DNA of 59,881 nucleotides from a virus. The stretch lies in the IMG/VR virus record IMGVR_UViG_3300043958_000214. The stretch is one strand, 5' to 3'. The notes below the pieces were generated by a model, which saw only the letters and a program-made list of their open reading frames with translations, was not told where the DNA came from and made no database searches. The position numbers and the translations under genes were made by a program. This document shows, one piece after another, positions 30,291-40,986 of the stretch; within the stretch, counting starts at the first letter, position 1, and the number at the start of each line of letters is the position of its first letter.

Positions 30291-33200
30291 ATGCCACACC
30301 AGGACGACGACGTAACCTCGACGGGCGGCAGTCCCTCCACCCCGCCAGCCAAACCTCGGGAACCCCTCCGCCTCTCCCCTAACGAGATAGAGAAGGGGAA
30401 ACCAGGCAAGCCCGGGGGCGAGATGGACCTGGTGAGTCTCGCACCCCAATATGCCCAGGAACAGCATGGCCTCTACCTGGACTTATTGGAGAGGGCGATC
30501 AACCACCACGACACCCGCAATGTGGCGCTGACAGGGACCTTTGGCGCAGGGAAGTCGAGCGTCCTCAAGCCGCTGAGGGACTCCGAACAGGCACGCAAGG
30601 CCAAGAAGCACAGCGAATTCACGGGTGACGGAAAGTGGCGGGAGCACACCGTCACGACGCTCTCCCTGTCGACGCTGGACCCCGATGCCGGTCCGCCGCC
30701 GGACGCGAAGAACGCCGCCGAGAAGGAGCCGAGCAACCGGATCCAGAAAGAGCTGGTGAAGCAGCTCCTCTACCAGCTGCCGGCGGGCAGGGCTTCTCGC
30801 TCCAGGTTCCGCAGGCTCGTTCATCCCAGCCCTCTCCGCCGCGTGTCCGCGGCCGCCCTCGCTTTCGCATTGGCCCTGGCCATCGTGGGAGTGATCGCCA
30901 CGCTCGCGGGCTGGGTGGGAGACAACACCAGGTGGCGCATCGCGTCCGCGCTCACCATCGTCGCAGCCCTCACCGCATGCTTCTTCACCGTCTGGTGGCT
31001 CGCCGGAGATCGCCTGAACCTCCAAGCGGGCTTCAACGCGGGACCGGCGACGGTCCGCCTCGACCCAAAGTCGACGAGCTACTTCGACCAGTACCTCGAC
31101 GAGATCATGTACTTCTTCCAGGTCAGCAAGACCGACGTCGTCCTCATTGAGGATCTGGACCGGTTTGAGGACATCGCCGTCTTCGACACGCTCCGCGCGC
31201 TCAACGACCTCGTGAACGAATCCGGAGAGATCGGACGCCGAGTCGTCTTCGTCTACGCCGTCAGCGACAGCATCCTCAGTGAAATCGGAGCCAAGAAGGT
31301 CGACGCCGACCCCGACAAAGAGAAGAACCACGTTCCCGCCGATCCCGTACGTGAGAAGCGGGCTCTTGCGCTCGGAAACCAGACGAAGTTCTTCGACGTC
31401 ATCATCCCGATCGTCCCCTTCGTCACTACGGCGAACGCTCGCGACCTCCTCATGCAGGTCATGGAACCCGAGAAGACCGGAATCACCCCCGCCCTGATCC
31501 GTCTTGCGGCGCGCCACGTCTCCGACATGCGGCTGATGTGGTCCATCCGCAACCAGTTCGAGGTTCACGCAGACAGGCTCCTCGACAAGAGCAGAATCAT
31601 GCCTGGGAACAAGCCCGACATCGTGTTCGCCCTCGTCCTGCTGCGGGCCACCGTCCCCGGAGCGTACGAAAAGATCCAGATCACTGAGAGCCCGCTCGAC
31701 ACGCTCTACACGCGCTGGCGCGACCTCGTCAACGAGAACATCCACGAGAAGACCGATGAGCTCACTAAGCTTCGAACTCAACTCGCGAATGGCAAAGCAC
31801 GGGCGACGCGAGCAGAGAATGCTGCGCAGCGACTCGAAGCCCTGCGATCCGAACTGACAGTTTCAGTGAGAGGGAGCTCCGCTGAGCAAGTCAGATTCAC
31901 CGGACCGGTTCAGGACGACGATTTAGCAAATGTGGACGGGTGGTCCCAAATCTCAAATGACAATCCGTTGACGATTGGCTTCAATTGGAGCGTATATTCC
32001 GGATCGATTGAAATTCGGCCGCATGGGCTCTCACAGTTGCTAGGTATGAATGTCGAGCCGGAGGTGTGGAAGGAGACTGACCTGTCCGAGCTCAAGAAGG
32101 AGATTTCCCAGGCGGAGAAAGACCTCCACCGGCTCCGACACCACTCTTGGAAAGACCTCTGCTTGCGTTCCGAATTTCGAATTGCACAGGCGGACGATGA
32201 ACCTTCACCGAAGCCGAATGAAGTCGACCCCGCTGCGAAGCCGGAGAACAAGAACACCCTTTCGTTCAATGAACTGGTCGAGCACTATGGTCCCTCAACT
32301 CTCGCCAAAGAACTAATTCGTGGGGGATATCTGCCTTTTGACTTCGCCAGCTACGGGGCCATCTACTACGGCGGAGTAGTGAACCCCGTTGCTCGTGATT
32401 ACATCCGACGCTACGTTGAGACGGGAGACCATGATATTAACTTCTCTCTGACCGATGAGTATGTCGAACAGATTCTTAGAGAGCAGGACGCCGGGAAAGA
32501 CGACGCCGACCTGTTTGACGACCCAGTCCTCTACAATATCGACATCGTCGACTATCTTCTCCGGAAGCGTCCGAATGCAGCGCAACGTGTCGCGACCAGG
32601 CTGACAAGGTGGGGTGAGGACGAGCGAGAGTTCGTCGACGCGTTTTTTGGGCGGACACGCGAGCGCGATCGTGAGTACGCCGACATCGCAGACCTCGCCC
32701 GCCTTATGGCCCCTACCTGGACGCAGGCGGTGCGCTACGCCGCTGTTGATGCTCCCGTGGAGCCTAAGACTCGAATCCGACTCGTGAATTCAGTCTTGCA
32801 TGCGATCCCCGACAACCCGCGCGAGGATCTGGACGAAGAAGTGGCGGCGTTCCTCGGCGAGCACTACGTGGAACTCCCCGCCTACCGAAAACCTGCGAGC
32901 AAGACGCTTGCTGAACATATGATTCGGATCGCCGCCGAATCCGGCGCGACACTCCGGAACCTGTCTCCCTTGAACAAGATGTCGCGCGCGGCTGCTGCCC
33001 GGCTGAAGATCTACCCCGTCACGGCTGCGAACCTCACCGCGCTGGTCGACCAAGGGGTTTCGCTTGACGTTTTGCGCAGCGAAGAGACCACATTACCCAT
33101 CTACGAGCATGTGCTTGACAACTTCTCCGACTACCTCGACGCACTCTGCGCTCTCACGTCACCCGCCTCCCCAGTCAAAGACCCCGAGGCTTTCGCCAGC

Positions 33201-34238
33201 ATCCTCACAGCCGTCGCTGAGCAGCCACCCGAACTCATTGATCGCCTTGTCGAACTCACACCCCCGGAGTGCCAAGTCAAAGCGCTCGCCGACACCAGAA
33301 CCGGAGTCCCAGACGACGTTTGGCCGATTCTGATTGCGCGCGGTCGGACTGGAAGCACCTTCGAGAACGTTCGAGCCTACGTGGACGCATACGACGTTGA
33401 TGAGGAGCTGGGCGCCTTCCTTGTGGAGCGCCGCGAGATCGCCACGCCGGAAGGCGCCGGAGATGAGGAGCGAGTCGACCTCGCGGTCGCCGTCCTCTCC
33501 GCACGCGAGTGGATCCCCGACCCCGGGATTCGTGTAGGTCTTGCCTGCACGCTCGAGCCTGAGTGCATCCCGATCGAGAGAATCGAAGATGAGGACGGCA
33601 ACCTCATCGGGCTTCTCTTGGCGGCCGGGCTTCTCCCGGACGAAGCCGCGACATTCGACCACCGACGGCTCACCCACTGGGAAGACTTCAAGGCTGCCGT
33701 CGCGGCATCCGACCAATTCGGGGAGTTCGCGAATGCGAGCATCATCTCGACAGAATTCCTCGCGAAAGCACTTGACCCTGTTTCTGGGATTGACCCGGCC
33801 ATAAAGACATCATTGGCCGAGAAGGTTGCGGAGATCATGTCACCCCCATCGAACGAAGTGGAACCATGCGAGCCGATTCGCGCGCAAGATGCGACGACGA
33901 TCGCACGCACCTTGCACTCGAAGGACTATTCGCGAGCAGTAAGCCGATCCACCATTGAGGCCCTGTGCACTGGAGGGGCAGACCAGGGTGACGTCGTTCA
34001 GCTGGTCGCGGACCATGACGAGCTCAGTGCCGACGACGTCAAAGCAATTCTTCGATCGTTGGGAGGCGACTACGCGAGAGTCGCCGACCGCGGGTACGGT
34101 AGGTTGATCTTCCCGAACGACACTGCCCACAAGTCTGTTCTAAAAAGACTGACGAATGACACGCACACCGGCGTGAAACCGCTCCCCGGCAAAGGTGGCG
34201 TCCGAAGGCTGCGGGTCGATCTCAAGCACCCCCGATGA
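30291..34238 (+). CDS. YobI-like (KAP-related) P-loop NTPase with two TM helices
   Basis: NVALTGTFGAGKSS Walker A, IQKELVKQLLY, SYFDQYLDEIMYFF, IEDLDRF, KFFDVIIPIVPF; TAGCAT-N6-ATG leaderless-type -10. Confidence 0.85.
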   Translation: MPHQDDDVTSTGGSPSTPPAKPREPLRLSPNEIEKGKPGKPGGEMDLVSLAPQYAQEQHGLYLDLLERAINHHDTRNVALTGTFGAGKSSVLKPLRDSEQARKAKKHSEFTGDGKWREHTVTTLSLSTLDPDAGPPPDAKNAAEKEPSNRIQKELVKQLLYQLPAGRASRSRFRRLVHPSPLRRVSAAALAFALALAIVGVIATLAGWVGDNTRWRIASALTIVAALTACFFTVWWLAGDRLNLQAGFNAGPATVRLDPKSTSYFDQYLDEIMYFFQVSKTDVVLIEDLDRFEDIAVFDTLRALNDLVNESGEIGRRVVFVYAVSDSILSEIGAKKVDADPDKEKNHVPADPVREKRALALGNQTKFFDVIIPIVPFVTTANARDLLMQVMEPEKTGITPALIRLAARHVSDMRLMWSIRNQFEVHADRLLDKSRIMPGNKPDIVFALVLLRATVPGAYEKIQITESPLDTLYTRWRDLVNENIHEKTDELTKLRTQLANGKARATRAENAAQRLEALRSELTVSVRGSSAEQVRFTGPVQDDDLANVDGWSQISNDNPLTIGFNWSVYSGSIEIRPHGLSQLLGMNVEPEVWKETDLSELKKEISQAEKDLHRLRHHSWKDLCLRSEFRIAQADDEPSPKPNEVDPAAKPENKNTLSFNELVEHYGPSTLAKELIRGGYLPFDFASYGAIYYGGVVNPVARDYIRRYVETGDHDINFSLTDEYVEQILREQDAGKDDADLFDDPVLYNIDIVDYLLRKRPNAAQRVATRLTRWGEDEREFVDAFFGRTRERDREYADIADLARLMAPTWTQAVRYAAVDAPVEPKTRIRLVNSVLHAIPDNPREDLDEEVAAFLGEHYVELPAYRKPASKTLAEHMIRIAAESGATLRNLSPLNKMSRAAAARLKIYPVTAANLTALVDQGVSLDVLRSEETTLPIYEHVLDNFSDYLDALCALTSPASPVKDPEAFASILTAVAEQPPELIDRLVELTPPECQVKALADTRTGVPDDVWPILIARGRTGSTFENVRAYVDAYDVDEELGAFLVERREIATPEGAGDEERVDLAVAVLSAREWIPDPGIRVGLACTLEPECIPIERIEDEDGNLIGLLLAAGLLPDEAATFDHRRLTHWEDFKAAVAASDQFGEFANASIISTEFLAKALDPVSGIDPAIKTSLAEKVAEIMSPPSNEVEPCEPIRAQDATTIARTLHSKDYSRAVSRSTIEALCTGGADQGDVVQLVADHDELSADDVKAILRSLGGDYARVADRGYGRLIFPNDTAHKSVLKRLTNDTHTGVKPLPGKGGVRRLRVDLKHPR

Positions 34239-34264
34239 CCCGCGCCGCCCGACGTGCGGGCTAC

Positions 34265-35140
34265 TCACCCCTCGTACAGGGACGCGAGGAACGTGGCGTA
34301 GGAGGTGAGGTCTCCGAACGTGTACATGTCAGTGAGCGCCCGGTTGTAGTCGTCGCGGCGCTTCGCCGGCGTGACGATAGCGTCGAACCCGTGTGACATG
34401 AGGATCGCGTTCATCGAGTACTTCCCCGTCCGCTTGTTCGCGTTGCCATAGAACTGACCGTAGGCCATGAACGCGCCCAAAAGGATGCCACGGGCCAGCG
34501 GCGACTCCTCACGGGCAATGCGCGCCAGGCCGTCGTCGAACATCGCTCGCAGGGCTTCTCCCGCATCGTCAGCGGACGATAAGGCGTGGAACGACTGGCC
34601 GCGCCCCATGCTCACCGTCCCACTCCCGTATACGTTTCCCCACCCGCGCATGTGCCCCGCCACGATCGCGTCGTTGCGCGCCAGGATCGCATTCATCCGA
34701 TCCGTCAGCTCCGAAGACGGTTCGAGCGGGCCAGCGAGCGCGAGCCGGGACGCCAGCTGTGCGGCCTCGTGCATGTCCGCGACCTGAAGTTCCTCAACGG
34801 AGGGGTCACCGCCGAGACTGAGATTGTCGATGAGGGTAACCACCTCGGGCTCGGTGAAGGTGAATCCTTCGAGAAGCTGGTCGTTGAAGACGGTGTTCGA
34901 GGAGCGTCTGCCCCACCGTGCGACTGCGCGTTCGACTGCCTTGGGTCGGATGCGCTCCAGATGAAGATGACCGATGTCCCACGAGACAGCGGGATCGGCC
35001 TCGAAGATCCTCGCGGGGACGCTCAGATCGAGGTCCGGAGCGTCGCTATGCGACCTCTGTCCGTTGCGGGCGTTCTTGGGCTTGGGGCGCCCGTGAGGGC
35101 CGTATTGGTTGCTTCCTGCCCCGCCGCCTGTCTTTCCCAC
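34265..35140 (-). CDS. Fic/Doc-family protein with variant motif
   Basis: QFYGNANKRTG in place of HPFxDGNGR; LEGFTFT N-terminal Fic element; N-terminal extension with GSNQY. Confidence 0.8.
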   Translation of the reverse strand: MGKTGGGAGSNQYGPHGRPKPKNARNGQRSHSDAPDLDLSVPARIFEADPAVSWDIGHLHLERIRPKAVERAVARWGRRSSNTVFNDQLLEGFTFTEPEVVTLIDNLSLGGDPSVEELQVADMHEAAQLASRLALAGPLEPSSELTDRMNAILARNDAIVAGHMRGWGNVYGSGTVSMGRGQSFHALSSADDAGEALRAMFDDGLARIAREESPLARGILLGAFMAYGQFYGNANKRTGKYSMNAILMSHGFDAIVTPAKRRDDYNRALTDMYTFGDLTSYATFLASLYEG

Positions 35141-35143
35141 GTG

Positions 35144-35908
35144 TCAGTCCTCCTCGGAATAGCGTGCGACCAGGAGACGGAACAGTGGCTTCGCATCACC
35201 GACCCCTTGGATGCGGTTGATCGCATCGCGGTAGTAGTCCTTGTCGTAGGGTGAAAGGACGATCCAGCCGAGACCGTTCTCAACGAGGAGTCCATTGGCG
35301 ACGTGGCGCGCCTCGTAGGGGACGGCTCCCGTGCGGATGCACTCCGCCATCCACACGAGGATGTCCGTCGGACGGTGGCGGAGGTGGGGTTCGAAGGTGG
35401 ACACCTGGCCGTGCGGGAGCTCGATCGTGGGGACGAACCGGCGGTTGCGCACGGCGCTCGTGACGCGGTCGTAGGAGGAAGCGATGGCGCGGGCGCGCTG
35501 GACTTCATGCAGTGGGGCGGCGATTGTGACGTGGTCTGCGATCAGCCAGGCTTGTTCGGACGTGATGTCCACGCCCTCGCAGAGGATGTCGCCCTCAATG
35601 CCGGCGTTGCGCACCCGGGACGCGGCGCGGATCGCTGCGCGCAGCGCGTTGTCCGGCTTGGGATCGGGCAGGAGGATCGGTGTCTCATAGTCCCAGGAGA
35701 CTGGACGAAGATCCGCCTTGCCACCGAGTTGGGCGCTGATGGGAGCGCCCATCACTTCGAGAGCACTGCGAAGCGTACGGACCGTGATCGTCCCGTCGTC
35801 GTCGCGTTTCTCCATCTGGCTGACGGCGGAGGGCGTGATGCGCAGCGCGCGGGCAAGATCTGCTTGCGACCATCCGACTGACGTGCGCCGGTCGCGAATG
35901 ATGGACAT
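35144..35908 (-). CDS. HTH (mobile mystery protein A-like) fused to a degenerate Fic-like domain
   Basis: GWSQADLARALRITPSAVSQMEK..GTITVRTL HTH; remainder aligns with the adjacent Fic but lacks the catalytic loop; GGAGGGAG RBS. Confidence 0.7.
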   Translation of the reverse strand: MSIIRDRRTSVGWSQADLARALRITPSAVSQMEKRDDDGTITVRTLRSALEVMGAPISAQLGGKADLRPVSWDYETPILLPDPKPDNALRAAIRAASRVRNAGIEGDILCEGVDITSEQAWLIADHVTIAAPLHEVQRARAIASSYDRVTSAVRNRRFVPTIELPHGQVSTFEPHLRHRPTDILVWMAECIRTGAVPYEARHVANGLLVENGLGWIVLSPYDKDYYRDAINRIQGVGDAKPLFRLLVARYSEED

Positions 35909-36205
35909 CTCTCCCTCCGTCCGTGAAGCTACAGCTAATGGGCCCGCTCCTATTGTGGAGCCAAGTGGGTGTGGGCGCACACAGGTTGAAACCGCCTCGC
36001 GAAGACCTCGGTGCGCACAACCAGTCCGCCGAGGCATCACCGACGAGGGGTACGACCCGCACGCGTATCGTCGAACAGCGACAGCCCATCCTGTCGTCGC
36101 CCGGTGACAAAGGCGTTGTCGCGCTGGAATAGCCCGGCTCGTGCTTCGCCTGCCTTGATGGACGATGGAGGCTCAGTCCTTCGAGGCCGGGAGGATGTCA
36201 AGGTA

Positions 36206-37177
36206 TCAGCTGGCTCGGGTCTCCAGCTCCCACTCGGCCGGCGGGTTTCCTCCGGCTGCGGCCCAGATGGCGGTGTCATCGTCTTCCTCGGTGGCCTCCG
36301 CCCACCGGTCGACGTGGGCACGGTTGGGGTCGAACCCCTGGATGTGCCCGGCGTAGCGCTGGAGGTACTCGGGCCGGTACTTCTTGGTCGAGGCTGACCC
36401 GTTCCCGTATGCCTGTCCCTCGTAGTACTCCTCGCCGCGCTGGACGACGAGGCGTTCAGGAATGAAGACTTCGGCGTTTCCTCTTCTCCCGCGGTCGAAA
36501 GCCGTGACGACGTAGGCGCTCTTCCCCGCCTGCCCCGCAGGGAGCGCTTCGCCGGGTTCGCCGGAAGACGGCTCGAGAGTCGGGAAGTCCAGGGGGTAGT
36601 TGGCGATGCGGTCGCGCAGTGCGTCTTGGTAGGCCGTGGCCTTGGCGTCGGTGATCCGCGTGTCCTTGGAGACGATGAGCACCCCGACCCCGTCGTTCAT
36701 GTCCTCGGCGTTGCCGAGCCAGGTGGATCCCAGCATCTCGTTGGAGATGTAGCGCAGGCGTTGCCCGTCGCGCCCCTCGATGGACTTCACGGGACCGCTG
36801 ACCAGTTCGAGGCTTCCCATGGGCGTCGAACGCACCGCCGTCAGCGTTTTGCCGTGTCGTTCGGCGGAATCGGCCAGCGCTTCCGCTTCGACGGGGTCGT
36901 GCAGGACCTGGCCGAGGAACTGACTCACCATGGTGTGCTGGGCTAGACGTGCGCCGAAGCGCGCATCCGTGGTGGGGCAGACCTGGCCGAGAATGAACGC
37001 CCCTGGACGCATATGAACCACATTCATGTCGAAGACGGAGTCAGCGGCGATTCCGCTGGTGCGCCGTGCGTCATCGAGTTCGACGTCTTCGGGCTCCGCG
37101 TAGTCCTTCGGACTGTACTGGCCGACGTTGTCGGGGTTCTTCCCCCGCGGGTGCTTGGCTTCGACGTATGTGCTCAT
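36206..37177 (-). CDS. Leader-tagged hypothetical protein
   Basis: MSTYVEAKHPRGKNPDNVGQYSPKDYAEPEDVEL; CCGCACAA-N8-ATG. Confidence 0.8.
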   Translation of the reverse strand: MSTYVEAKHPRGKNPDNVGQYSPKDYAEPEDVELDDARRTSGIAADSVFDMNVVHMRPGAFILGQVCPTTDARFGARLAQHTMVSQFLGQVLHDPVEAEALADSAERHGKTLTAVRSTPMGSLELVSGPVKSIEGRDGQRLRYISNEMLGSTWLGNAEDMNDGVGVLIVSKDTRITDAKATAYQDALRDRIANYPLDFPTLEPSSGEPGEALPAGQAGKSAYVVTAFDRGRRGNAEVFIPERLVVQRGEEYYEGQAYGNGSASTKKYRPEYLQRYAGHIQGFDPNRAHVDRWAEATEEDDDTAIWAAAGGNPPAEWELETRAS

Positions 37178-37211
37178 GTCTCTCCTTGTGCGGCTGGGCG
37201 CGCCGAGTGCG

Positions 37212-37571
37212 TCATGATGCCTTCTGCTGCTCCTCGGAGGCGTTTGCCGCCGCGAGGCAGTCGAACATCTCGTCGACCATGGCGAGCATGGCGTCGAAGT
37301 CGGCGACGATGCCGCTCCCCACGATGAAACGCGTCCCGTTCTTCTCGAAGCGGCCGGTCGCTTCCATGGTGACGTTGCGGTACACCGCGGTCGCGGAATC
37401 GTCGGTCGCGTAGGTCATGGTGACGTAGATCGGTTGTCTGGTCGCCGTGCCGATGTTCTCGTACACGCGCTCGAGCTCGGTGGCGGTCGCCTCCCGGGTC
37501 CACGTGCCGACGGCATCCCGGATTTCCTGTTCAGTCGCTTCCGGATCGAGTCTCGGGGTCAGGACCAACAT
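37212..37571 (-). CDS. Small hypothetical protein
   Basis: AAGGAG RBS before MLVLTPR; coding-like composition only from this start. Confidence 0.6.
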   Translation of the reverse strand: MLVLTPRLDPEATEQEIRDAVGTWTREATATELERVYENIGTATRQPIYVTMTYATDDSATAVYRNVTMEATGRFEKNGTRFIVGSGIVADFDAMLAMVDEMFDCLAAANASEEQQKAS

Positions 37572-37626
37572 GTCGTCTCCTTGTCGCTGTGTGCCTGTCT
37601 GACCAGTTGTGGGGCAGGTGTTCCCC

Positions 37627-38466
37627 TCATGCACGGCGCAGGGAGGCGAGCGCGTCAAGGAGCGCAGGCCGCGCGGTCCTTCCGCCGAGCCTGGCGTCCA
37701 TGCGAGCGACGTAGTGATCGAAGACCGAGCGCGCTTCCTGCCTTCCCAGTTCGCGTCCGCTTTCCCGAATCGTCGCGGCAGCGGGTTCCCAGGTGTCGCC
37801 GGCGCGGGAGAAGACGACGGTGGCCTCGGTGGTGCGGGCGCCGAGCCGGTCGGTGAACGCGAAAACGGGCTCCCTCCCCACCCGGATGGCCCACACGTTG
37901 ACGATGTCGGTGGGTTCCGTGCCCTCGCGTACGCGGCCGTGGGCGATGGCATCGACGAGGTACCTGCACTGCGGGAGGTTCACCGTGTCGTCGAGTCGGC
38001 GCTGCAGGTCAGCCTTGTCGGGCAGCGTGCTTGCGGCTTGGCGTAGCCAGTCGGGGTCGAGTATGGGTCCTTCCGCCACATCGTCTCGGGTGCCTCCTCC
38101 GACGGGGATCGTGCGGACGGAGAACGGGAGAGGGTCGGCGGCGCCCCATGAGGCATAGACGTCGGCGAATTGGACTGCGCCTTCCGCGTCCGAGATGAGG
38201 AAAGCGTGGGCCTTCCAGTCACCGGTGTCGTGGATCAGCATGGTCTGCGTCCCCCCGCGGGGCATGTTCTCGATCCACGTATCGACGCCATCCCGGGGGA
38301 CCCCAAGCCCGTACGCGAAGGCTTCGAGGGAACCTTCAACGTCATCGTGAGAGGGGGCGAGCTCGATGTCGGGCTCGGCTCGCTGGCGCTTCGCGAACTC
38401 ACCGCCCGTGGGGAGGCCGCCAGGTTGACGGTTGACCTTGGATTCGTCGAAGGTGGATGTGTTCAT
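37627..38466 (-). CDS. Hypothetical protein with divergent leader
   Basis: MNTSTFDESKVNRQPGGLPTGGEFAKRQRAEPDIEL; CCGCACAA-N8-ATG with no SD. Confidence 0.75.
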   Translation of the reverse strand: MNTSTFDESKVNRQPGGLPTGGEFAKRQRAEPDIELAPSHDDVEGSLEAFAYGLGVPRDGVDTWIENMPRGGTQTMLIHDTGDWKAHAFLISDAEGAVQFADVYASWGAADPLPFSVRTIPVGGGTRDDVAEGPILDPDWLRQAASTLPDKADLQRRLDDTVNLPQCRYLVDAIAHGRVREGTEPTDIVNVWAIRVGREPVFAFTDRLGARTTEATVVFSRAGDTWEPAAATIRESGRELGRQEARSVFDHYVARMDARLGGRTARPALLDALASLRRA

Positions 38467-38627
38467 ATCCGCGGTTGTGCGGCTGGTGTGCGCGGACGGT
38501 CGTTCACCCCGACATAAGTGCATATCCATTCGCTTGTATGAGTGATTATGCAGTGGATCAACGGGGTTCCAGCGGGCCTCGCCGTGTGTGAGCCGTGGGG
38601 GTGTGGGGGCGTGTCCCGCCTGCCCAC

Positions 38628-38820
38628 GCTGTGACGGGCGTCACAGCGCAGTGCCGCGGGAGGCGGGCCGGGGAACCCGAAAGGGGTGTGACGGGCGTCA
38701 CAAACGCTTTTGTTTCACAACAAGTCAAAATGCTCGGACCCCTCGGGCGCGCGCACGCGCACACATACGCGCGCACGCGCTACGTAACGCGCGCGACCCC
38801 CACTGTGACGCACGTCACAG
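38628..38820. repeat. Three TGTGACG-NN-CGTCACA palindromes (iteron-like or CRP-type boxes)
   Basis: Copies at 38630-38645, 38687-38702 and 38804-38819 in a long non-coding stretch. Confidence 0.8.
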
Positions 38821-39209
38821 AGTGGGGGCAGGTGGCTCCCCGCTCTCACTTGACCATGTCTTGACTCTCGCCACACTCGTTCTTGGGTTTGTTTGTGCGT
38901 TGTCTTGGTGTTCGAGGGGTGTTCGTTGCCGTGTTACGACCCCTCTGAACGCGAGAAAACCGCACCAGGAAGCCGAAAAGTCCCCGTCGGGGCGAGCGTT
39001 GCATTTCTGCGGAACAGGGGGGGGTCTTGTGTGTGAGATGACTGTGAACACCCCCCCTCCCCTGGGGGAGGAACAGGGGGGTCGTCACAGAGACACCCCC
39101 TTACGTATAGATCTATTTTTGTGTAACAAACGCAACACAAGTATTAAAGGCCCCCTTTCCCCAGCCCTGGGGCCGATCCCGGCGTTGCGCCAAACGTTGC
39201 TTTCGCATT

Positions 39210-39432
39210 GAATCCCCGAAACACCCCCAAAAACGCCCCTCCGACACCCCCACAGCACCCCCCAGGCGAGCCCCGCCCACACCACCCCCACCAAGACGCC
39301 CAGCAAGCCCCCTACGACGCTTTCACCCCCCACCCCAGGCACCACCACACAACCCACCCCAAACCCCCGCAGAATCCCACACACGCACGAATCCGACACC
39401 CACCCCCAACCGACACCCCACAGACACCACCT
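39210..39432. repeat. C/A-rich low-complexity strand-skewed tract
   Basis: Plus strand made of C-runs separated by A, with very few G or T. Confidence 0.75.
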
Positions 39433-39888
39433 GAACCGTGTTCAAGACGGGGCTCGTCGTGAGCTCAGATCGTCGCAATTCACTGTATAATTATGCACTG
39501 ATTCTGGGGCTGAGTAGAGACCAACCGCCCCCACAGAAGGACCCCGCGAGGGCGGTGTGAGGGTGTCTCAGAAACCCCTGACCTGCTTTCGCGCCTCTCT
39601 CATGCGTTTCCGACGGCCCGCCCATCCCCGCCACGGAGTCGCCAGACAAGCCGTCGGACGTGGACTTGGACGGGTGCAAGTACCCCGCTCCGCGGGATAT
39701 GAGGCCGTTAGTCCGCTTGCGAACCGGGGCCTCGGTGATCACCGATTTCGGGGAGGGGCACCGTCGCATTCGATGGGGTTGGAGTACCCGACGCCGCGGT
39801 TCAATCATGAACTGCTCTCCCACGGACATCATCGAGTCATTCGGCTGGAGCGAAAGTGACGGTCAGGGATTCGACTGTGTGGTCTCCG

Positions 39889-40486
39889 CTAGCGACCCGT
39901 CTCGCGGCGACGCCGCATGCGACGGGCGTGGTTCTGCCATATCTCTTCACGACTGGTGGGCTCGCGAGGGTGTATCCGGCAGGAGGTATGGCAGTCATCA
40001 TCGCCCATCCCCTGATATTCCCCGGTCCGGCAGAACAACTTGTTGCCGCTATATTGCTGGGGTAAGCCTTTCCAACTATGGTCTTCGTAGTAGCCCCCCC
40101 CCACTACGTATGAGAAGGTGCCGTTCGAATAAGTTACGTCGCCAGTGTTCAGCTGCCTGCTACGCCGTTTCTGCATTGAACCCTGGACACGACGTTGATC
40201 GTCCCCCTCACGTGGGTCGAGCCGTGGGCATCATCCACGCTCAGCGTGCATGAATGACTGGCGCAGCCGAGTTTGGAGTAATGACTGCATCGCTTGTCGG
40301 AGCTGGAGCCGGGAGGACTCTCACCCTGAGGTTTTCGGTCGAGAAGTCGGTACTGCCGTCAGCGTTCTCGACCGTAATGATCTCCATTGTTTCCTCAGTC
40401 GGAGATAGCTGTCCAGAGACGTTGCCGATCCCAGGGAAGGCAATTAGTGCTACGGTTTCGGCCGTCGCTCACATGTTCGTGAACAT
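39889..40486 (-). pseudogene. Probable decayed gene
   Basis: GAAGGA RBS + ATG followed by an early stop, then protein-like fragments in shifting frames; lower GC. Confidence 0.3.
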
Positions 40487-40986
40487 TTTTCCTTCTTTCA
40501 GGAGTGGACATCGCGAAAGTGATTCCAACGAATGAGAGCCATGAGACATTTCGGGTTGATTCTCCCCTATATAGGGGGAACTTCTGGGAGAGACCTCGAC
40601 CTAAGTATGGCTGGAATTTGGACGCGTATCATCTGGAGAATTGTGCAGATGTCACTCAAGCGCCTTTGCGGGCTTTTGGAGAAGCCCGAGGTCGACGATT
40701 TCAGCTATTTGTAATACAGTGAGCAATCGAAGGAATCGGATACGCTCGTCTGTCTCTATGGGGACGATCCCAATAGAGAGACGAATTCCTGATCTGGGCT
40801 GTTCGGTACCTTGTGCGGCGGGCAGCTCAATCTGTCCGGGTTACCCTAGACGGGAATGCTCGTTTTGGGGTTACAGCAAAAGGGCTGTAATGTTGACAAT
40901 TTGCAACACTTTTCATACAGCAGTCGAGCCCGCTGTACGGACACCCCCGTTATCGGAAGAGGCTGTATCCCGGGCGTTGTAGGCGT

